DNA of 64,000 nt from Setoptus koraiensis (lineage: Eukaryota > Animalia > Arthropoda). The translations under genes and the position numbers were made by a program. Under the pieces are notes generated by a model. The model was not told where the DNA came from, made no database searches, and worked only from the letters and a program-made list of their open reading frames with translations. This document shows, in pieces, positions 44,968 through 54,646 of the stretch. The DNA is taken from assembly GCA_048013815.1 (NCBI GenBank), contig CM106585.1, positions 3,224,001 to 3,288,000 on the forward strand, read 5' to 3'. Position 1 is the stretch's first letter; each line of letters begins with the position of its first letter.

Positions 44968-47574
44968 TCACACGAGTCCCAAGAACCGCCGCAGCTCGTG
45001 AATATTATTAGGCTCTTTGAGTTGCCTTATGGCGTCAAGTTTGTCTAAGACGGGTCTAATCCCCTCTCGGTCGATATAGTGTCCTAACAAGTTTATTTTT
45101 GCCATACCAAATTGACACTTCTTCAGCTGGACAGTGAGTCCGGCTCTCTGAAAACGTTTGAGAACCTCTTCTATCATTTCAAGGTGTTCCTCCCATGTTT
45201 CGCTTGCAATAGCACAGTCGTCTAAATATACCATGCATGCTTTTCCTTTTAGGCCGGCGAACACGACGTCAGTCATTTTTTGATATGTTGACACAGCATT
45301 ACAGAAGCCAAATGGCATGCGAACAAACTCATAATGTCCAGTTGGTGTCTTAAATGCTGTGATCGGGACGCTTTCATTATTCATAGAGATTTGCCAGTAC
45401 CCACTGTTGCAATCAATAATTGTGAAGTACTTTTTTCCATGAAATGAATCTATATTGTCGTCAATGCGAGGCAGTGGGTAAGGCCATTTGATAGTCTTCT
45501 TATTGACTTCCCTGTAGTCAATACAGAACCTAGTGCCACCACCTCTTTTAGGGACTAAGACGATCTGTGAGGCCCACGGGCTGGTAGACTCCCTAATAAT
45601 ACCTTTATCCAACATCTCTGATGTTTGTTTATCAATCTCCTCTCTTTCCTTAACCGAATATCGCCTCATTGGGGCTGCTACAGGCGTTCTGTCCGCTAAC
45701 TCAATCTTATGGTCCACTATGTTCGTTGAACCCAACTTACCGCCTATACCTAATACATCACTATATTTTCTCAGTAGTGACAATATCTGCTCTGTTTGTG
45801 AGCTATCTAGTTCATCTCCCACCTCAATTTCTTCTTCCTTATCATATGGGACAATGACGTTAACGGCAGGCGTTGCCGTCTCGTCTGGCGGGATTATCCA
45901 CGTTCCGACCCTATCTTTTCTGTTCAAAACGATAGGTGCTGCAGTCGGGTTCATCAATATAATTGAGCTTACGTCTGAAGTGTTCAGGAGTCCGAACGGA
46001 GTCATTAGCCTGTCTTCTCGATTTATAGGCTCAATTACAACTTCGGTATTTTCAGGCGAATTCTTTAGCTGCACCTTGGCTGTCTGTGACGAATATGGTT
46101 CAATTCGCACTGGTTCTACTATGAAGACACCACTTCCGTCGTAGATGGTTTTTGGCTTGAAAATCAGTTTCCTAGCCCCATGATCAGACAGCGCATTCAT
46201 ACGACTTAGAATATCGCTTCCGATCAACAATTTGTGTGGAATACCTTCAGCCACCACCAGAGTATGCTCTACGCATCTTGTTTCTTTCTTCAAGGAGATT
46301 GTTACCCGCACAGTTGTAGTTCCCACGGTCGCCATGTTAGCTGGCCCCGCGGTTGCGAAGTCTAAGCTTACCTTTGGGTTGATTTCTAAGCTGAGTTGCC
46401 TTGCCAACTCCGCATGAATGACTGAGACCCATGATCCCCCGTCAGCCATTCCGCTGACCGGTTTTCCATTCAGTTCACAGCTTATTTCAATAGGTTGAAC
46501 TGGTAACAATAGGTTTACCGACGGTCTCACTGACCTGTTTGAAGTCGTAGCACTGGTGTCTCTGGTATTCCTCTGACGTTGTCTAGGGCAATCTTTTCTG
46601 ATATGCCCTGGCTGGTTGCATCCGTAGCACTTAATTGTTGTAGAATCAATTGTCTTTACAGCCGTTTGTTTTCGATCTCCCTCGTTCTTCTTATCGGTTG
46701 ACTTGGCCTCCGATGGACATTGTGCTTTCATGTGGCCTACACCTCCACAATTATAACACTTCACCGAGGTCTTCGCGTTGCTTTGATTCTTATTAAGTTG
46801 CTTTGACTGCTTCTTGAGTTTTTTGTCCGGCACTACCGGAACAACCTTCTTAGTTTTTCTTGGCATCCCTTCTTCTAGGATGACCGCCTTCTTCTGTAGC
46901 TCCTTTACAGTTTGTGGGTCATCCTCCATTATGTTAGGGAAAAATTCCGGGAGAATTTTTTCTAAAATTCTATCTACCCGATCTTCTTGTGACATGTCAG
47001 CTTTGTAATCGGTACACAGCTTATTCATGTCACATATGAAGTTTGCTACCGGCTCATCCGGAAGCTGACGACGAGTATTCAACTCCTTTCTAATCTCATG
47101 TTTTTCGGACCTTGGGATGTACTGTTCGTTGAAATCCATTGCAAATCTCGAATCAGCGATCGTCGAAGTGTACCAGTTCCTTGCGCTACCGATGAGGTAC
47201 GCCGGAAGTCTTCTACAAGCTGTCAACTCCGACCAACCGTTAACCGAGCAGCTATATCGGAAGTCCTCCATCCACCGCCGGGCCTTCGATGGCGTCCCAT
47301 CGAATTTCTCGGGCGTCACTAGTAGACGGATAGTCATGTCTTCATTAGTGACGAATCGTGGATCTCTAGAAGTTTCAGATCTTGCGTCGGCCTCTTCAGG
47401 ATCGATGTTAGCGACACTGTTGTTGATACCTTCGTTTGCTTGATTATTCTCTTCTTCGCCTGGCATTGTTAGGTTTTGTTTAACTTCTGTCAAGTAGCGT
47501 AGTAGATTTGCTTTCTTATTTCGTTCGACGTTTGAATGTTGTAGCGCTTCAATCAGTCCTTCCAAGTTTTCCAT
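44968..47574 (-). CDS. gag-pol: Gag-PR-RT of element E (ends at a premature TGA)
   Basis: Two CCHC knuckles, ADGGS protease, YLDD. Confidence 0.88.
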   Translation of the reverse strand: MENLEGLIEALQHSNVERNKKANLLRYLTEVKQNLTMPGEEENNQANEGINNSVANIDPEEADARSETSRDPRFVTNEDMTIRLLVTPEKFDGTPSKARRWMEDFRYSCSVNGWSELTACRRLPAYLIGSARNWYTSTIADSRFAMDFNEQYIPRSEKHEIRKELNTRRQLPDEPVANFICDMNKLCTDYKADMSQEDRVDRILEKILPEFFPNIMEDDPQTVKELQKKAVILEEGMPRKTKKVVPVVPDKKLKKQSKQLNKNQSNAKTSVKCYNCGGVGHMKAQCPSEAKSTDKKNEGDRKQTAVKTIDSTTIKCYGCNQPGHIRKDCPRQRQRNTRDTSATTSNRSVRPSVNLLLPVQPIEISCELNGKPVSGMADGGSWVSVIHAELARQLSLEINPKVSLDFATAGPANMATVGTTTVRVTISLKKETRCVEHTLVVAEGIPHKLLIGSDILSRMNALSDHGARKLIFKPKTIYDGSGVFIVEPVRIEPYSSQTAKVQLKNSPENTEVVIEPINREDRLMTPFGLLNTSDVSSIILMNPTAAPIVLNRKDRVGTWIIPPDETATPAVNVIVPYDKEEEIEVGDELDSSQTEQILSLLRKYSDVLGIGGKLGSTNIVDHKIELADRTPVAAPMRRYSVKEREEIDKQTSEMLDKGIIRESTSPWASQIVLVPKRGGGTRFCIDYREVNKKTIKWPYPLPRIDDNIDSFHGKKYFTIIDCNSGYWQISMNNESVPITAFKTPTGHYEFVRMPFGFCNAVSTYQKMTDVVFAGLKGKACMVYLDDCAIASETWEEHLEMIEEVLKRFQRAGLTVQLKKCQFGMAKINLLGHYIDREGIRPVLDKLDAIRQLKEPNNIHELRRFLGLV

Positions 47575-47684
47575 TCACTATTCACTTTTACACTTGTGTA
47601 ATTTTACTTATCAACTTCGTTGTTTTATTTTTAGGCAGAACCTCCAAGTTGAGAGTTTGGTAAAAGTCTGTCTTTATTTATTTT

Positions 47685-50600
47685 TTGCCAGAACCGCAAT
47701 TCATACCACCTGACGAACAGAAAATACGAATGGTCATCAAGCCAGACGAATTCGATGGGACGCCATCGAAAGCTCGAGTTTGGTTCGACAACTACAGATT
47801 TTGCTGCAGCGTCAACGAGTGGTCAGACTATACGGCATGCAAACGTTTACCAGCATATCTCACAAAATCAGCGAGAAACTGGTTCGTTTCCATGATAGCT
47901 GGTAAGCCTGAAGCAGTCATGTTCGACAGATTGGAAAAGGCGTTCTATGACGAATATGTCCCAAGAAGCTACAGAAACGAGATAAGAATGGAGCTTAATG
48001 CTCTGAAACAACAACCAGGTGAGCCCGTTACAAATTTTATAACGGACGCGAACAAGTTGTGTGAAGATTACGACCCTAAGATGTCAGAGTTAGACAGGGT
48101 AGACAAAATCATTGACAAACTGTTGCCGGTATTCTTCCCCAACATAATGGAAGACGACCCGCAGACAGTAGCCGAGCTTAAAACAAAGGCAGTGAAACTG
48201 GAGCATGGCCTCAAGAAAAGAGGAACGGTTGCAGTAACTGCAGTGGTGAAAAATAGATCAATCAAATGCTATAACTGCCAGGAGATTGGGCATTACAAGT
48301 CGGAGTGTCCCAAGCCAGTTAAAGCGAGATTCGATAAGAATAAGAAACGTGTCGACGAAACTAGCAAAAAGGAAGCAGGTAAAGCCAAGAACAAGGCTTG
48401 CTATATTTGCAAAGAGGTAGGACATTTCAAGGCTGATTGTCCCAAGAAAGAAAGAAAAGAAGAAAAGACGCCGCAAGCTAACACAAGTGTCAAGACGAGA
48501 TACAGTATAAATGCTCTCCAACCGATATTACCCACAAGGTGCTTGGTGGTGATAAAAGGAGAGAGCATTGAAGCAACGGAAGACGGCGGTGCAGCAGTAT
48601 CCGTGATAAACGGCGAAATAGCCAGGAGGCTGAAGCTACCACAGAAAAAGAATGTTGGTGGAATCGCGCTGCAAGATGCAAATGGTAGATCGCTCAACAT
48701 AACAACAACGACAGTGGAGATGAAAGTTATATTGAACGGTCAAGAAAAGAATTGTGTTCAAACTATTGCCGTGTCGGACGATAGTCCCTTCAAATTCTTG
48801 GTAGGGAAAGACGTACTACACAAGCTGAACATAGTTTCCGACCACGGTGAAAACAAGCTTTACTTTAAGAGTAAAACGAGACCTAAATCAACCGGCGGTA
48901 TCTTTACGATCGCGCCGACCAAAATTCCTAAGCTGTCAACGGAATGGGTAAAAGTTGATTTTGCCGGCAAACCGGAATGCCGTGACGCGCTTGTATCACC
49001 AGATAGAAGAGACGACAGGGCGCTTACGCCATACGGTTTGTGTGACGGGTCCAAACAGAAAGCCATACTGTTTTCGAACCCGACAACAAAAGACATTGTA
49101 TTGCGTCAACGAGAAAGAGTCGCGTCTTGGAGAGACCTCAAGAAGATAGACGATCATACGAATATTCCTATCAACGCCATAATCCCATACAACGAGGATG
49201 TAGGGATAGAGATAGGCGACGAGCTGAAAGACGAAGAAGTGAAGCAGATAATGAGTTTGCTTCACGAGTTTGATGACGTCTTAGATACGGGTAACAAGCT
49301 CGGTAATTGTGAGCTTATAACCCACAAAATTGAATTGGTTGACGAAAGGCCAATAGCTCAACCAATGCGACGCTATTCAGAGGCAGAAAAGCAGGAGATA
49401 GAAGCTCAAACGAAAAGCATGCTCGAACAGGGCGTCATCAGGCCCTCATACAGTGAATGGGCATCGCCTATAGTACTCGTGCCCAAACGAGGAGGGGGCA
49501 CGAGATTCTGTGTAGATTATAGAGCCCTAAACAGCAAGACTAAAAAGTGGCCCTACCCTCTACCGAGGGTGGATGACAACATAGACAGTTTCAGAAAGAA
49601 AGTGCTATTCTCTCTGATAGACTGTAACCAAGGATTCTGGCAAATCAATATGGACGAGGAATCGATACCACTTACAGCATTTCGAACGCACATGGGTCAC
49701 TTCGAATTTGTGAGAATGCCCTTCGGGCTGTGTAATGCCGTATCAACGTACCAAAAACTTACAGACCTCATCTTCATGGGATTGAAGGGAATAGACTGCA
49801 TCGTCTATTTGGACGACGCAGCAATTGCCAGTACATCATTCGATAGCCACATAGCAGCCTTGAGAGAGGTTTTTCTAAGATTTAGAGACGCAGGGATGAC
49901 CATAAAGACATCCAAATCAAAGTTCGCGATGCAGAAAATCGACCTTCTTGGCCATCATATAAACAGTAGAGGCATTTATCCTTTACAGGATAAACTCAAG
50001 GCGATAAAAGAACTCCCTTACCCAACGGATGTCTCTGAAGTAAGACGATTCTTGGGGGGAATCGGGTACTACCGCCGATTCATCCCCAACTTCGCCCAAA
50101 TCAGCGGACCGTTGGCCGATTTGACAAAAAAAGGAGCAGAATGGCGGTGGACGAGGGAAGAAGCCCTTTCTTTCCACAAATTGGTGGGAACCTTGGTCAA
50201 ATCAGATGGTATCGCGCACTTCGATCCGAATGCGACGACAATAATTAAAACCGACGCCAGCCGAACGGGCATAGGCGCGATTCTATTGCAGGGAGAGTCG
50301 CATGGAGATCAGAAAATTGTCGCATGCGCCAGCAGGCGCCTCTCGAACTCGGAAGCCAAGTACCCGGTAACCGAGCTTGAAGCGCTTGCTATAGTGTTCG
50401 CCTGCAACAAATTTAGGCCATACATACTGGGCAGAGAGGCCATCATATACACCGACCACTGTGCCCTCTGTGCGATGAACGAAAAAAAGGACTTACCGAG
50501 AAGGATAGCAAACTGGGCTATTCAACTCCAAGAGTTCTCGCTGAAAATTAAGTATGTCTCCGGGAAAGAGCACGCAGATGTTGACTGCCTTTCCCGGGCA

Positions 50601-53600
50601 CCGGTCGAGCCGTATGAAATAGCTGAGAGATGCCTCTACCCATGCCATCTGGTCATACCAGCAGATGGAGAACGGTGGAAAGCGGAGGCTAGTAAAGACC
50701 CACATCTGGCGACGGCTATCAAACTAGCCGAAATGGGCAGCAGCACGGACAAAACAATTAACGGAATTTTATACTCCCACGAGAATAAATTAATCGTCCC
50801 TGCTAGCATGGTTCACGAGATAATAAAATCAGTCCATGAAGACAATCTCAATGCCCATCCGGGAGTGGTCAAAACCGAAGAAATGATAAGATCTCAATAT
50901 AAATGGCCAAACATGTCGAAGGATATAGGTGATTTTATAGGACAGTGCGAAAAGTGTTTGAGAAGAAAAACTACGAACACAAGTCGCCAGGGCCTAATGC
51001 ACAGCGTAGTAGCAGATGGCCCCTACGAGATGGTCGCGATCGACATTATTGGAGAACGAAAAAAGACTGCGAGACAGAACACATATATAATTGTCGCAGT
51101 CGACATCTTCTCAAGAATGGTCGAAGCTAAAGCTATTAAGAACACAAGTTCTAGAGCAATTGCTAAATTCATAGTGGACAGAATCGTATGTCGCCACGGG
51201 GCGCCAATTAAACTACTCACAGATAATGCCAGCGGGTTCGTGAGCGCGGCAATAAAAGAAGTAACGAGGCTATTAGGTTGCAACCAACTACAGTGCGCTC
51301 CATACCACCATCGTGGGAATGGGGTAGTAGAGCGAACAAACAGGAGCCTGCAAGACAAAATAGCATTGTTAATAACAGACCAGGATGAGTGGGACGACGT
51401 ATTACAGATGGCTGTGTTTGCCTTGAATAAAGCAACTTCTCGCAGCACTAAATTTAGCCCATTTGAAATAATATATGGCAGAAGCCCGAGAATGCCATCT
51501 GATACGACAGAACTGACGTCCCCAGACAAATACGCAGAGAGTCTGGCAGTTCGTCTAGAACTGATAAGGAGCATGGCCGCAGACAATGATAAAGAGAGCA
51601 AAGAAAAGTCGAAGGCTAGATTCGACGAAAACCGTAGAACCGTAAAATTCCAGGAGAACGATAAGGTTCTCTGTTGCTTCCCTCCTAGAGGAGCTGCAGA
51701 TCAAAAGTTGGACGACCGTTATTTCGGCCCGTACACAGTAATGGCAGCTAGAGACAACGACATCTACAAGCTCAAACTCGACGATCCAAATTCTAAAAAG
51801 AAGCGGACAATTATTGCCCATGTTAGTAGGTTAAAAGCCTACAACATTGAACAAAGCGGTACGCAGATGTCGGCCCAATTAAACCCAACAGACGGACACC
51901 AGATGTCTTCAAGTCGCCGAACAACTGGCCCCGTCGCGTATCTGGGTTTGATCATGGGTTGCTTGGCAGTATTGTTGCCTGGAGCGAATGCGGAATTCAA
52001 TCCGGTCGATCCCGTGCTATGGGTCGCCACAGAAATTCCGCATGTCGCGTCACAAACAGACTGGAACATCGACATCACTCTGGAAGACCCTTGTAAGGTA
52101 CTGTTCACTAACATAAGCGGTTCTAGATCGATGGATGCAGCGATAATTAAGAGTTGTGAAAACAGGTATAATGAAATAATAATTGCCAACTTAGACAAGT
52201 TGTGCCCAGAAAAGGTAGGGCACGCTGTAAACAGACGATTCATCTTCGAGGTGTCGATGCTGACGGCAATCACGGTGACAACAATGCTGACAGCTGTCAC
52301 AAAAATAGTGGATGTCCCAGCAGTGGACAAAAGAGTAGACCTTATAACCGAAAAAGCGAACCAATTGGTTGAACTAACCAACAAGGTAACAAGAGACTTG
52401 GAGGTAATACGACTCAACACTATTAACACGAATAAGGTAGTCGCGACACATCTCGATAGAGTCATAGAGGATCTGGAGTTCGTGTCAGGCCTAGTACAAA
52501 ACCAACCGCGAGTCGCAGATCTATTAGCTATGACATACCAAAAATTCTCTAAAGCAGCGCAACAATTAGAGCGAATTGCGAATGATTTCGAAGAGAAAAA
52601 GACGGTATCGAGAGAATTATTCAACCTAATCAACGAAACGCGCCTTTTCGATCTTAAGATGGAGAAGTACACCGTATTCAAGAAATGTAACCGCCTGAGT
52701 TCGAACAGAATTGAAATATCGGTCACAATTCCTAAAAGAAGTAAAGAGATGACGATATTTAAAGCGGACGCCTTCGAATTCTGGAACATTACAGCCGAAG
52801 ATATGTGCTTGAAACAGTATAAAGAGCCAGAGTATGTACTGTTCAATGCCACATCGGACTGTATGCTGTCCATCAAATCTACTGATATAAGCAATGAAGT
52901 GCTAAGAGGCAAAGCATGCCAACTCAGACAAAGGTTAAGTCCAAACGAAACAGTTTGGGTGACAAAAAAATGCGTTCCCAAAGAAACAAATAAAGAAACG
53001 ATCAAGATGGACAGTATCAAACATTATGAAAGCAGACATTTTATCAACTGCCAGTTTAATAAAATAAGCACAAACCACAAAGAGCACGATTGCCCGAACT
53101 TTGTGTTCTCAATTGCAGAGACAGAAAGCTTTAATATAGGAAGCTATTACTACGTGCATCAATCAGCCCACATGACGCCCATGGTGACGATGCTAACGAC
53201 GGCACCAGAACGTATAAATCTCCAGCTGGCCACAAACGGTATCCGATTTTCCAACGAGATAACGACCCATATTGAGAAGTTGGAATCACTAACCCCAACA
53301 CCAATGGTCGCCCCACTTAATACAACTGGTGAGAAAGACAAATACTTTGACTTGTTTGGAGCCAGAGAGATGTATTATAGAGTCGAAGAGTGGCTAAAAA
53401 CAGGGTACCGCATGACCGTTACAGTAATAGCGGTTATATGCCTACTTACCCTGTATCCAGTAGTTAAATTAATGTGGCTAGTAGTAGCATGGCCCGTAAG
53501 AATTGCTACAAACAGATCGAGCCTACTACTACCGACCCAAAACGTCCAAATGAGAAACTATCAGAGACGAAACTGGTACGCACCAGTTTCAATTAACAGG

Positions 53601-53612
53601 AGAATCGATTGA
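47685..53612 (+). CDS. gag-pol-env: Gag(partial)-PR-RT-RNaseH-IN-Env polyprotein
   Basis: Two CCHC knuckles, EDGGA protease, YLDD, KTDAS, integrase, signal YLGLIMGCLAVLLPGANA, VNRR site, TM VTVIAVICLLTLYPVVKLMWLVVAW; no ATG at the start (junction). Confidence 0.93.
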   Translation: MPEPQFIPPDEQKIRMVIKPDEFDGTPSKARVWFDNYRFCCSVNEWSDYTACKRLPAYLTKSARNWFVSMIAGKPEAVMFDRLEKAFYDEYVPRSYRNEIRMELNALKQQPGEPVTNFITDANKLCEDYDPKMSELDRVDKIIDKLLPVFFPNIMEDDPQTVAELKTKAVKLEHGLKKRGTVAVTAVVKNRSIKCYNCQEIGHYKSECPKPVKARFDKNKKRVDETSKKEAGKAKNKACYICKEVGHFKADCPKKERKEEKTPQANTSVKTRYSINALQPILPTRCLVVIKGESIEATEDGGAAVSVINGEIARRLKLPQKKNVGGIALQDANGRSLNITTTTVEMKVILNGQEKNCVQTIAVSDDSPFKFLVGKDVLHKLNIVSDHGENKLYFKSKTRPKSTGGIFTIAPTKIPKLSTEWVKVDFAGKPECRDALVSPDRRDDRALTPYGLCDGSKQKAILFSNPTTKDIVLRQRERVASWRDLKKIDDHTNIPINAIIPYNEDVGIEIGDELKDEEVKQIMSLLHEFDDVLDTGNKLGNCELITHKIELVDERPIAQPMRRYSEAEKQEIEAQTKSMLEQGVIRPSYSEWASPIVLVPKRGGGTRFCVDYRALNSKTKKWPYPLPRVDDNIDSFRKKVLFSLIDCNQGFWQINMDEESIPLTAFRTHMGHFEFVRMPFGLCNAVSTYQKLTDLIFMGLKGIDCIVYLDDAAIASTSFDSHIAALREVFLRFRDAGMTIKTSKSKFAMQKIDLLGHHINSRGIYPLQDKLKAIKELPYPTDVSEVRRFLGGIGYYRRFIPNFAQISGPLADLTKKGAEWRWTREEALSFHKLVGTLVKSDGIAHFDPNATTIIKTDASRTGIGAILLQGESHGDQKIVACASRRLSNSEAKYPVTELEALAIVFACNKFRPYILGREAIIYTDHCALCAMNEKKDLPRRIANWAIQLQEFSLKIKYVSGKEHADVDCLSRAPVEPYEIAERCLYPCHLVIPADGERWKAEASKDPHLATAIKLAEMGSSTDKTINGILYSHENKLIVPASMVHEIIKSVHEDNLNAHPGVVKTEEMIRSQYKWPNMSKDIGDFIGQCEKCLRRKTTNTSRQGLMHSVVADGPYEMVAIDIIGERKKTARQNTYIIVAVDIFSRMVEAKAIKNTSSRAIAKFIVDRIVCRHGAPIKLLTDNASGFVSAAIKEVTRLLGCNQLQCAPYHHRGNGVVERTNRSLQDKIALLITDQDEWDDVLQMAVFALNKATSRSTKFSPFEIIYGRSPRMPSDTTELTSPDKYAESLAVRLELIRSMAADNDKESKEKSKARFDENRRTVKFQENDKVLCCFPPRGAADQKLDDRYFGPYTVMAARDNDIYKLKLDDPNSKKKRTIIAHVSRLKAYNIEQSGTQMSAQLNPTDGHQMSSSRRTTGPVAYLGLIMGCLAVLLPGANAEFNPVDPVLWVATEIPHVASQTDWNIDITLEDPCKVLFTNISGSRSMDAAIIKSCENRYNEIIIANLDKLCPEKVGHAVNRRFIFEVSMLTAITVTTMLTAVTKIVDVPAVDKRVDLITEKANQLVELTNKVTRDLEVIRLNTINTNKVVATHLDRVIEDLEFVSGLVQNQPRVADLLAMTYQKFSKAAQQLERIANDFEEKKTVSRELFNLINETRLFDLKMEKYTVFKKCNRLSSNRIEISVTIPKRSKEMTIFKADAFEFWNITAEDMCLKQYKEPEYVLFNATSDCMLSIKSTDISNEVLRGKACQLRQRLSPNETVWVTKKCVPKETNKETIKMDSIKHYESRHFINCQFNKISTNHKEHDCPNFVFSIAETESFNIGSYYYVHQSAHMTPMVTMLTTAPERINLQLATNGIRFSNEITTHIEKLESLTPTPMVAPLNTTGEKDKYFDLFGAREMYYRVEEWLKTGYRMTVTVIAVICLLTLYPVVKLMWLVVAWPVRIATNRSSLLLPTQNVQMRNYQRRNWYAPVSINRRID

Positions 53613-53990
53613 CAACTAATTGTCGTGGGGTTAATCTGTGTGGTAACTCTTGGAGCCGCGGAGAGAAAAGATGTACCATCAATAGCAGGGACCCCAACGA
53701 CAGTAAAGGATGCTCAGAAAGAAGTTGAACTTCTGAGAGAGTCCGCCAAAGCATTATGTGTGTCTCTGGACGAAGAGGTCATGACGCATCAGGAGAAATA
53801 TCTCATTCGACTAGCTTGTGCCCTCGTTAAACGAGAGCACAACTGCCTCCAAATCACCAGGATAGAATACATCCCAGTTATTCACGAAAAGAACATCGAA
53901 AAATTCAATGAATATAATCAGATGGAGGCAATTAAGGATGTGTTAACCGTAACGGATAACCGCCCATCTATAAAGGATAGGCTCTCATAA
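53613..53990 (+). CDS. Putative stop-codon readthrough extension of Env (125 aa plus stop)
   Basis: In frame after TGA; context TGA-CAA-CTA; no ATG near the start; ends 30 nt before the PPT. Confidence 0.6.
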   Translation, partial: QLIVVGLICVVTLGAAERKDVPSIAGTPTTVKDAQKEVELLRESAKALCVSLDEEVMTHQEKYLIRLACALVKREHNCLQITRIEYIPVIHEKNIEKFNEYNQMEAIKDVLTVTDNRPSIKDRLS

Positions 53991-54196
53991 ATCAAGATGT
54001 ACGACATCTTTCTTTTTTTAAGAAGGGGGATGTTGTATTATACATAAAATATCTGTAACTGTGCTGCGCACAGATCAATGTTGTGCCGGCACCACTTATG
54101 TGCCTAATCTGCGCACGACTATAAAAGTCGCGCGTTATATTCCAAATAAACAGACTTTTACATCGAACTCTTACAACACACAAAAAAGCAAGAGCG

Positions 54197-54646
54197 TAGT
54201 GATGGGGGGAGATCTCCCGCCACGGGAGAAATTTCTCCCGCCCAGGGAGAATTCTCCCGGGAGATTTTCTCCCTGGGAGCCTCCCGGGCTCTCCCGCTCC
54301 CGCGGATCTCCCGAGTCTCCCGAATGTCCCAATTTTCTCCCGAATCTCCCAAATTCTTCCCAAAACTCCCAAATTCCTCCCAAACCTCCCGAATGGACCA
54401 ACAGAAAATCAGAAATACAAAAAAAAAATGAAAAATAAACAAATATTCACTATTCTACTCAAGAAATTAAGCATATGTTTATTATTAGATTGATATTAGA
54501 ATGATATTAGAATGATATTAGAATGATATTAAAATGATATCAAAAGAAAAGAATGATTTAAGAAAAATCTCTTGCTAAATGAAATGTGGTTGTACGAACA
54601 ACACTCCTGCTATCTCATCCATGGCTATTCAGCATCGATTAGCTAA
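54197..54646. repeat. Left long TIR of the hAT element
   Basis: Inverted copy of 59431-59871; CTCCC-rich subterminal motifs; includes the last transposase codons. Confidence 0.9.

Larger units (their letters stand above)
41726..47690 (-). mobile_element. Env-bearing Ty3/gypsy element E, disrupted
   Basis: LTR 3' remnant with AATAAA and PBS TGGAGGTTCT (47646-47637); gag-pro-RT ORF, TGA at 44968, RNase H split by HINE, integrase 43278-42208, frameshift, env N-terminus (ILWRNT...NPCEKLFNN...CNNRF). Confidence 0.9.
47685..54178 (+). mobile_element. Env-bearing Ty3/gypsy element F, 5'-truncated
   Basis: Single ORF, PPT AAGAAGGGGGA (54020-54030), 148-bp 3' LTR TGTTGTA...TACAACA (54031-54178) with TATAAAA and AATAAA. 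Confidence 0.93.

Noticed and set aside
44955-44975. Readthrough at the TGA inside element E RT
   Set aside because: Context is TGA-TAC-TAC, not CARYYA, and it falls in a conserved RT motif; likely a nonsense mutation.
51839-53020. Long antisense ORF over env (and similar antisense ORFs in pol regions)
   Set aside because: No motifs; explained by codon bias of the sense ORF.
53992-54442. Overlapping ORFs in the hAT TIR (also 59583-59916)
   Set aside because: Low-complexity CTCCC-rich subterminal repeats; no coding signal.
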